Shown in pieces: positions 1 to 5,158 of a stretch of DNA of 11,091 bases. The translations under genes were made by a program, and so were the position numbers. This DNA comes from a virus: the UHGV virus genome UHGV-0030812, one strand, 5' to 3'. Below the pieces are notes generated by a model, which was not told the DNA's origin, ran no database searches, and saw only the letters and a list, made by a program, of their open reading frames with translations. Each line of letters starts with the position of its first letter. The first letter of the stretch is position 1.

Positions 1-87
1 GTCATTATTCTCTGCGGTATCCGTTTTGCCGCCGAGATCATCGTGCCGTTTATTCTCGCATTATTTATTGCTGTTATATATAACTAA
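1..87 (+). CDS. 3' end of a gene running in from the left edge (last 28 codons, ...VIILCGIRFAAEIIVPFILALFIAVIYN*); probably chromosomal flank encoding a membrane protein
   Basis: Frame 1 is open from the window edge to TAA at 85-87; the tail is strongly hydrophobic. Too short to appear in the ORF track. Identity not recognised. Confidence 0.3.
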   Translation, partial: VIILCGIRFAAEIIVPFILALFIAVIYN

Positions 88-151
88 TTTCACTTAACGC
101 ATTGATTTAATTAAATAATTTGCACTACAAAAAGTGCCATAAATCGCAAAA

Positions 152-174
152 TGACTACACCAGTGACTACACCG
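152..174 (+). repeat. Left copy of a 23-bp direct repeat TGACTACACCAGTGACTACACCG (internally a tandem of GTGACTACACC); candidate integrase arm-type site near the element boundary
   Basis: Identical 23-mer recurs at 10865-10887 in the same orientation; looser similarity (GAAACAA / GGAACAA motifs) continues about 50 bp to the right of both copies. Confidence 0.7.
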
Positions 175-282
175 TTCGGTGCACTGTATGAAACAACGTG
201 GAACAAATAGACACAAGAAATATACAGGCGGGTCATCTTTCCAGGGGGAAGCGCGCTAATTCATGAGGGGCGTTAATGTTGA

Positions 283-437
283 TATGGGGATCCCCATAAC
301 GGGGCTACCGGATTTTTTTTCCGGTTAACTGTTAATCAGGCTGGTGGGCTTTACCTGTTTTGTAGGAGTGGTCATTATGACCATTCAGACAATGACCTTA
401 ATCAGAACTTTTCGCTAAAAAATGACGTTGGTCACGT
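283..437. promoter_or_regulatory. Non-coding stretch packed with palindromes: TATGGGGATCCCCATA (283-298), CCGGA-T8-CCGG (311-327), GGTCATTATGACC (369-381), GACGTtggtcACGTC (423-437)
   Basis: Inverted repeats read directly from the sequence; no ORF of 60 aa or more on either strand. Function (operators, packaging or recombination accessory sites, RNA structure) is not assignable from sequence alone. Confidence 0.4.
416..437 (-). terminator. Weak candidate intrinsic terminator downstream of the 93-aa gene
   Basis: On the minus strand, hairpin GACGUgaccaACGUC (5-bp stem) is followed by AUUUUUUA. The stem is short, so this is tentative. Confidence 0.3.
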
Positions 438-490
438 CGTCCGGAAAGCACAAAATCCCGTCAATTTTTAATTAACGGTTAAACCGTCTT

Positions 491-540
491 TTGTCACGGC
501 GTGTCACTGGTTGTCACTCTCCGTCACGGTATGTCGCTAC
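491..540. repeat. Five tandem 10-bp repeats with a GTCAC core (ttGTCACggc / gtGTCACtgg / ttGTCACtct / ccGTCACggt / atGTCGCtac)
   Basis: Exact 10-bp periodicity (one helical turn) immediately 3' of the 93-aa gene; typical of a protein-binding array (iteron, arm-site or operator array). Confidence 0.6.
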
Positions 541-543
541 TCG

Positions 544-825
544 TTAACGCCGTAACCGCTCCGGCTTCTTCCAGTGGTACGTAATTTTCTCCGTTTCCCG
601 ATACAGTGCCACGCGGCGATTGTAGGCCAGCATTTCAAGAACGCGGATCCGTATGTTGCGCATATCCACATCATTAAGCTGGATACCATCACGGCGCATC
701 ACCTCAGCAACAACACGCGCATAATTTTCGGCTGTCACGCTGTCCGGCTGCGTGGCCTGTTCGTCAGTCTGCTGGCTGATTCCACCAGCACGGCGGATTA
801 ATCCCAGTATTTCGGCTTCTGTCAT
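544..825 (-). CDS. Hypothetical protein, 93 aa
   Basis: ORF with ATG at 825-823 and TAA at 546-544, preceded by a weak GGGTG Shine-Dalgarno. No family recognised. Lies just outside cos copy 1. Confidence 0.55.
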   Translation of the reverse strand: MTEAEILGLIRRAGGISQQTDEQATQPDSVTAENYARVVAEVMRRDGIQLNDVDMRNIRIRVLEMLAYNRRVALYRETEKITYHWKKPERLRR

Positions 826-857
826 TGTGCACCCATCGTTCTGATTGTCTGGTGTCG

Positions 858-925
858 TCGGGTCCTTCCTGGAATTATGGCCCGTTACGGGGCGGCGACC
901 TCGCGGTTTTTCGCTATTTATGAGC
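858..925 (+). other. Lambda-type cos site, copy 1 (cosQ-like GGGTCCTTCCTGG, cosN GTTACGGGGCGGCGACCTCGCGG, then TTTTTCGCTATTTATGA), plus-strand orientation
   Basis: Contains the 12-nt lambda cohesive-end sequence GGGCGGCGACCT (890-901) within the symmetric cosN. Roughly 85-90% identical to the reverse complement of 1621-1690. Lambda match is recalled from memory of the lambda genome ends. Confidence 0.7.
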
Positions 926-938
926 TTTTTTAGAGGGA

Positions 939-1088
939 GGTTGTTGTTTAATTGTTTGTCATATCCATTTGATAACTAAGTAAAAATAAAGAGCAATACA
1001 ACAACCTGATAGTGTTTTTTTGATGCTAAAAATAAAAAAATGCTAATTGAATCAAATAGTTTTAAAAAAATACGTGGTTGTTGTATTG
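939..1088. repeat. AT-rich segment carrying three copies of GGTTGTTGT(A/T)TTG (939-954 plus, 994-1006 minus, 1076-1088 plus); cosB-like terminase/accessory-protein binding region adjacent to cos copy 1
   Basis: Repeats read directly; A-tracts throughout (930-1110). The arrangement (repeats in both orientations next to cosN) resembles the R-site layout of lambda cosB. Confidence 0.45.
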
Positions 1089-1118
1089 CGTATTTGATGG
1101 CGTAACAGAAAGTGATTT

Positions 1119-1559
1119 TTAACTTTGCTGTTCTGTAACGACTGATTGTTCCATGCTGGCACGGCGAACGCTTACGGCATGACGCCACCCAGCCAGAAAG
1201 CCAGCCATTTTATTTCGTGCCTTGCTCACATCTTCCGGTGAATAGCCGTAAATCTGCAAACCTTCATCAAATCGATGTTCTGTTTCTTCACTGGAGTACT
1301 CGTCACGCTCAGATGAAAGCAGCCTGGCAAACATAATTTTTTCCAGCGCACTGGTTTCTACGTGATATCTGATGGTCTCAAGACGGCTTTTACCTGAAGA
1401 CCAAAGCAATGTATGCCCGATGTGATAACCGCCAGACTTTCCGCGATCCGCATTAAGATACGGCATCCCCTGTTTGGTCCATGCGCGAATAGTGGTTCTG
1501 TTAACCTTGAAATGTTCAGCTATTTCCTGCTGACTTACAAAACAAGCTTTATCAATCAT
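1119..1559 (-). CDS. Small terminase subunit homologue, lambda Nu1-like (N-terminal winged-HTH); possibly a packaging-redirection factor
   Basis: 146 aa; N-terminus VSQQEIAEHFKVNRTTIRAWTKQGMPYL parallels lambda Nu1 KKQLADIFGASIRTIQNWQEQGMPVL. ATG at 1559-1557 sits about 60 nt downstream of cos copy 2, as Nu1 does relative to cos in lambda. The C-terminal half is not obviously Nu1-like. Confidence 0.65.
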   Translation of the reverse strand: MIDKACFVSQQEIAEHFKVNRTTIRAWTKQGMPYLNADRGKSGGYHIGHTLLWSSGKSRLETIRYHVETSALEKIMFARLLSSERDEYSSEETEHRFDEGLQIYGYSPEDVSKARNKMAGFLAGWRHAVSVRRASMEQSVVTEQQS

Positions 1560-1620
1560 AATGTTACCTTAACTGCATGGTTAAATATTAATCAAGTGGT
1601 GGTGGTGTCATCTTCACGGA

Positions 1621-1690
1621 AAAACGTCATAAATAGCGAAAACCCGCGAGGTCGCCGCCCCGTAACGGGTCCATATGCCGGAAAGGACCC
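1621..1690 (-). other. Lambda-type cos site, copy 2 (minus-strand orientation), directly upstream of the Nu1-like gene
   Basis: Reverse complement reads GGGTCCTTTCCGG...GTTACGGGGCGGCGACCTCGCGGGTTTTCGCTATTTATGA, which matches the remembered lambda right-end/left-end junction almost base for base apart from about 10 nt between cosQ and cosN. Confidence 0.8.
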
Positions 1691-1692
1691 AT

Positions 1693-1716
1693 AAAAAAAA
1701 GCCGGATTTCTCCGGC
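1693..1716 (-). terminator. Rho-independent terminator ending the capsid operon
   Basis: On the minus strand, GCCGGAgaaaUCCGGC (perfect 6-bp GC-rich stem) is followed by U8; lies 7 nt downstream of the 137-aa gene stop. Confidence 0.8.
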
Positions 1717-1722
1717 CTTGTC

Positions 1723-2136
1723 TCAGATGGTTTTCAGTATGCGATCGATGTCGCCGTCATCGCCCTGGTTTCTGCCATCGTATGCCATGCCAGCTGATAC
1801 GGCTTGCGGGCTGTGCATGTCCATAAAGTTTTCAAAGGCTGCGGTAAGTTCCGGCGCAACCTTCGGACGTTCCTGCTCTATGGTCATGCTAAGGATGCTT
1901 TTAGCCGTACCAACATCGATACAAGGCACGTTTGCCATTGCACGTAACAGCGGCTGATAGTCGCCAGATTCATCAAGCGCCATAATCGCATCAGCGCGCG
2001 GCTTGTCCTGCTCTTCCAGTTTGTTGAGTTGATATACGGCCTCGTAGGTTGATAAACCTCTGTCAGCCATTGCCCGCGCTTCTGCTTTAAATTTACTCGC
2101 CAGCGGTAGCGCCATGATGCTTTCATTCGTTGCCAT
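1723..2136 (-). CDS. Hypothetical protein, 137 aa, last gene of the capsid operon
   Basis: ATG at 2136-2134 with AGGGGA Shine-Dalgarno, 12 bp after the gpD-like stop. No family recognised. Confidence 0.6.
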   Translation of the reverse strand: MATNESIMALPLASKFKAEARAMADRGLSTYEAVYQLNKLEEQDKPRADAIMALDESGDYQPLLRAMANVPCIDVGTAKSILSMTIEQERPKVAPELTAAFENFMDMHSPQAVSAGMAYDGRNQGDDGDIDRILKTI

Positions 2137-2148
2137 CGTTTCCCCTGC

Positions 2149-2484
2149 TTATCGCGCCAGCGGCTGAACGGATACGCCAGAACCCGCAAAGGCGGCGCAT
2201 TTTTTCGCGTCAGTGTCGGCGCTCTCAGGCCAGTTTACGGCGGCGATATTAAATATCCCCGTCTTGTAACACTGTGCTGATTTCTGCTTTGACGTGTCCA
2301 CGGGGTACGAGGTCAGATAAACAGCCTTGCCAGATTCCTGACCATCCCACGGCTTAAACTCGCCATTGTCCGCCAGCATCAGCGGGGTAAATTCCTGAAT
2401 AACGCCAGCATCAGCGGCAAAATGTACCAGCGTCGTGGCGACCTGCTGACTGCCTGCAAATAACTCAATGTATGGAGTGTCCAT
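2149..2484 (-). CDS. Head decoration protein, lambda gpD-like
   Basis: 111 aa; FTPLMLADNGEFKPWDG and YKTGIFNIAAVNWPESADTDAKKCAAFAGSGVSV align with lambda gpD MTPLMLD...VAWDG and [40 protein letters not shown] Shine-Dalgarno precedes the ATG. Confidence 0.8.
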   Translation of the reverse strand: MDTPYIELFAGSQQVATTLVHFAADAGVIQEFTPLMLADNGEFKPWDGQESGKAVYLTSYPVDTSKQKSAQCYKTGIFNIAAVNWPESADTDAKKCAAFAGSGVSVQPLAR

Positions 2485-2495
2485 AGAATCCCCCG

Positions 2496-3551
2496 TTAAC
2501 CAATTTTGACGGTAACAAATTTGCGAATATCTGCCGGTACCGGCTGCGGTGCACTGTGTGTCTGCACGTACTCAATCGCCGGATCTCCGTCCTCAATCCA
2601 GTTTTTCGGGTAGTACATGTTTTGCGTTGCCCCCGTTCTTACTGCGTCCTGATCCATAATCGCACCATAGGCCACCAGCCCTTTATTGTTGGTGTTGCCC
2701 AGGACAAGCAAATCAGGCTCAAGGAAATATTTTTCTGTGCCGTCGCTGTCGGCGTATTTGCCGGAATAGACGATAAGGGCAATATCGCCCAGATAGCCTT
2801 TAAAGCTCACCACTTCGCCCAAGTTTTTACATGCCAGCTCTGCGGCGGACTCTGAACCACGGGAAAGATCGTACAGCTCACGGAATTTTTTAAAGCTGCG
2901 TAACGTTCGCCATACCTCAGCGCCCATAATCATGACGTTGGCGGGGCAACCTGCCTGATCGGCGTATAGTTCGATATCATAGATTGGATCGTGGATTTCT
3001 TTGTCCTGCTCTGACCATTTTTTACCGTCGGCCTGCTCTATGATGTTTTTTTCCGGTATCTTCCAGTCGATTTCATAGCGCTCTATGCCTTCGCCCTCAA
3101 TGATGTTTTTTCCGGTCGTTACCGCATTTACCGCCAGCCATTCCACGCGCGCTTTTATGGCGTTTATCTGGCGGCGCATATTGCCAGTAATCAGGCGCAT
3201 ACGGCGATAGGTAGGGTCGTTAAGCTGTGCCGGATCTTCTCCAGCCATGCGCATGATGGTTTTCGTTGGATCGATTTCGTGCTTTGGCTTCATGTAGCCA
3301 GGTTTGATTGTGCTGGTTTCGTACCCTTTATCGCGCTGAACCTGGCTACCCACCATAGGCGAACAAAACGCCGACATGGTGACTTCTTCAATGTCCAGGG
3401 TATCCAGCATGATGTTTTGCGTGCTGAATGTCGCCACGTTCGGGAAAAACAGCGTGGTAAACAGCGGACTGAATTTAAATTCCGCAATATCCCCGCGATT
3501 CAGGTACGCAAAAAGCTGGTTAGTGTTAAGTGCCATTGCTTTTACTGTCAT
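2496..3551 (-). CDS. Major capsid protein, lambda gpE family
   Basis: 351 aa, colinear with lambda gpE (341 aa) along its whole length: FKFSPLFTTLFFP / FKFDPLFLRLFF, PGYMKPKHEIDP / PGYVKPKHEVNP, EDPAQLNDPTYRRMRLI / EDPQNLADPAYRRRRII, VLGNT, YPKNW. Start ATG overlaps the upstream stop as TAATG. Confidence 0.9.
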   Translation of the reverse strand: MTVKAMALNTNQLFAYLNRGDIAEFKFSPLFTTLFFPNVATFSTQNIMLDTLDIEEVTMSAFCSPMVGSQVQRDKGYETSTIKPGYMKPKHEIDPTKTIMRMAGEDPAQLNDPTYRRMRLITGNMRRQINAIKARVEWLAVNAVTTGKNIIEGEGIERYEIDWKIPEKNIIEQADGKKWSEQDKEIHDPIYDIELYADQAGCPANVMIMGAEVWRTLRSFKKFRELYDLSRGSESAAELACKNLGEVVSFKGYLGDIALIVYSGKYADSDGTEKYFLEPDLLVLGNTNNKGLVAYGAIMDQDAVRTGATQNMYYPKNWIEDGDPAIEYVQTHSAPQPVPADIRKFVTVKIG

Positions 3552-3757
3552 TATTCCCCCCCGTGAACCTGATTCATACCCAGCGCCGCGCGTAAATAGG
3601 CGCGTACCTGCCAGCCTGTTGACGGCTCAACCATCGCCAGCGGATCAAGTCCTGCCGCAATGCCTGCTTTTACGTTCTGCTGGTGGCGTTCCTTGAGCGC
3701 CTTCACGATGTCGGGGCTTATGTACACCGAAACACCGCCTTTTTTCTCTTCAGCCAT
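3551..3757 (-). CDS. Hypothetical protein, 68 aa, first gene of the capsid operon
   Basis: ATG at 3757-3755 with AAGAGGAA Shine-Dalgarno; its stop overlaps the capsid gene start, indicating translational coupling. No family recognised. Confidence 0.55.
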   Translation of the reverse strand: MAEEKKGGVSVYISPDIVKALKERHQQNVKAGIAAGLDPLAMVEPSTGWQVRAYLRAALGMNQVHGGE

Positions 3758-3785
3758 AGTAAGAAATTCCTCTTTGACTTAAAAA

Positions 3786-3841
3786 ATTATAACTGGATGT
3801 TCATCCAGTTCTGATTATAATCAGGATTGCATTTTGTGCAA
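3786..3841 (-). promoter_or_regulatory. Capsid-operon promoter with three contiguous palindromes: AACTGGATG-tt-CATCCAGTT (3791-3810), CTGATTATAATCAG (3811-3824), TTGCAttttgTGCAA (3827-3841)
   Basis: Minus-strand TATAAT (3791-3786) about 30 nt upstream of the orf68 ATG; the palindromes overlap and follow the -10/-35 region, consistent with a tightly regulated late promoter. Confidence 0.5.
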
Positions 3842-3921
3842 TGATATTGAGTTGTGTTGCAAATTATGAAATGATGATCCCGCTCATGTGTGTCAGTGCA
3901 CCAAAAAGCCTCATATGCAAA

Positions 3922-3959
3922 AGCCCGATAAGCCACCTCTGACCTTATCGGGCTTTTTT
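3922..3959 (+). terminator. Strong hairpin plus T-tract, best read as a plus-strand intrinsic terminator (possibly bidirectional)
   Basis: AGCCCGATAAG-(11 nt loop)-CTTATCGGGCT is a perfect 11-bp stem followed by TTTTTT on the plus strand. No annotated plus-strand gene lies upstream. Confidence 0.55.
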
Positions 3960-4134
3960 ATCTGCCTGCAAAGATGTCGAACGAAAATTAACCACAACCA
4001 TCATCTTTTTTGCATCAAAACAATTAAAAACAATAAATTACGCTCATGATGATGATGACGATAAAATCACAAAAATGCGCTTTTTTCCGCGCCTCCCGCC
4101 CCGTGTTCAGGCCCACCCCGCCAGGAGGACCCGT

Positions 4135-4156
4135 AAAAAAGCCGGATTGCTCCAGC
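4135..4156 (-). terminator. Rho-independent terminator after the SSB-like gene
   Basis: On the minus strand, GCUGGAgcaaUCCGGC (6-bp stem with one G-U pair) is followed by U6. Sequence is related to the 1693-1716 terminator. Confidence 0.55.
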
Positions 4157-4172
4157 TTCTGTCACTCGTCGC

Positions 4173-4595
4173 TTAAAACGGTATGTTATCCCCGTACGGA
4201 TCATCATTCCCCGCCTGTTGTTTTGCCCTGTTCAGCGCGTCAGTAGCCTGGCCCTGTTGACCTTTTTTGCCGCCCAGTCGCGCCGTTCGCGCACTGATTA
4301 CACTGTCTGCGATAACCTGCCAGCCCTGCCGCGTTTCTCCGTTCTGCCCAGTCCACTGGCTGATCTGCATGTTACCCGCCACGCTCAGGAGTTCACCCTT
4401 GCGGTGCCTTTCCAGTGCTTCGGCCTGTCTGCCAAATGCCAGGACGGATAACCACATCGTCGCCGTTCCGTCATCTGCCTGGCTGCACGGAAGGGGGACC
4501 GCCATACGCGCCAGCGTCATCGGTGTGCCCTTGCTGGTCTGTTTTACCTGCGGGTCGTCCACCAGCCGCCCGTAAGCTGCTATCTGTGCTGTCAT
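4173..4595 (-). CDS. ssb: Single-stranded DNA-binding protein (SSB) homologue
   Basis: 140 aa; the OB-fold core WLSVLAFGRQAEALERHRKGELLSVAGNMQISQWTGQNGETRQGWQVIAD parallels E. coli SSB [51 protein letters not shown]. The acidic C-terminal tip DDPYGDNIPF resembles the SSB DDDIPF tail. Confidence 0.8.
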   Translation of the reverse strand: MTAQIAAYGRLVDDPQVKQTSKGTPMTLARMAVPLPCSQADDGTATMWLSVLAFGRQAEALERHRKGELLSVAGNMQISQWTGQNGETRQGWQVIADSVISARTARLGGKKGQQGQATDALNRAKQQAGNDDPYGDNIPF

Positions 4596-4870
4596 TATTC
4601 CACCTCTCCGGTTTTAACGTTGATGGTTGTTACCTGTTCCGCTTCGGCAATCTCCCGCTCTGTCAGCGTGGCAAAATTTGCCGCCGTCGTGGTCATGAAT
4701 GCGCTTATCAGTTCGGGATGTGCTTTCGCGTATCCTTCCCCCGCGTGGCGGTCTATCGTTCTGATTGCCACCTTTAAAGCGTGCTCTGTCATGTCTAACG
4801 CGCGATATTTCGGTTCTGTTCTGTCTCTGCGTTTTTTGAGTGATTTATTAAATTTCCCTGAAGTGTGCAT
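4595..4870 (-). CDS. Hypothetical protein, 91 aa, translationally coupled to ssb
   Basis: ATG at 4870-4868; stop overlaps the ssb ATG as TAATG. No family recognised. Confidence 0.55.
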   Translation of the reverse strand: MHTSGKFNKSLKKRRDRTEPKYRALDMTEHALKVAIRTIDRHAGEGYAKAHPELISAFMTTTAANFATLTEREIAEAEQVTTINVKTGEVE

Positions 4871-4919
4871 ATTTATTTTTACCCCCTCGTTTAAAAAGTT
4901 TTGAGTTGTGCCTCCCCTT

Positions 4920-5145
4920 GTCTACCTTATCTACCTTAGTGGCCCTCATACCAGTAATGGCGCGGCTTTCAGCGGGGTAGAGTGCTTTTATCCACTATCT
5001 ACCCCGTGTCTACCTCCCTGTCTGATTCAGGTAAAATCAGGTAGAGAGGGTAGATAGTGGGTAGACAGTAAAAAAAGGCTATCTACCTAACTTAATGCAC
5101 TGAATTAAATGTATTTTTCTTTACTCAGGTAGACAGGGTAGACAG
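4920..5145. repeat. Iteron cluster, candidate replication origin: at least 10 copies of GGTAGA(C/G/T)AG / (C/T)TCTACC in both orientations
   Basis: Copies at 4920-4926, 4929-4935, 4976-4982, 4997-5004, 5008-5014, 5040-5046, 5049-5057, 5059-5068, 5081-5087, 5128-5136 and 5137-5145. Located immediately 3' of the primase/helicase gene, the usual position of a satellite ori. Confidence 0.6.
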
Positions 5146-5158
5146 CAATTACAAAAAA

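Noticed and set aside
976-1188. 70-aa minus-strand ORF
   Set aside because: Lies in the AT-rich repeat region next to cos copy 1 and overlaps the end of the Nu1-like gene; the Ile/Phe/Lys-rich translation is typical of AT-rich non-coding DNA.
3791-3810. Possible LexA (SOS) box at the capsid promoter
   Set aside because: Has CTG-N10-CAG spacing, but the flanking bases are CTGG/CCAG rather than the conserved CTGT/ACAG. Kept only as an unidentified operator.
4046-4777. Plus-strand ORFs (66, 77, 102, 120 aa) opposite the ssb and orf91 genes
   Set aside because: Antisense to the SSB homologue and its terminator; Pro/Cys/Ser-rich; no start signals.
4920-5145. CRISPR array
   Set aside because: Repeats are 7-9 bp, irregularly spaced and in both orientations, with no uniform spacers; this is an iteron pattern.
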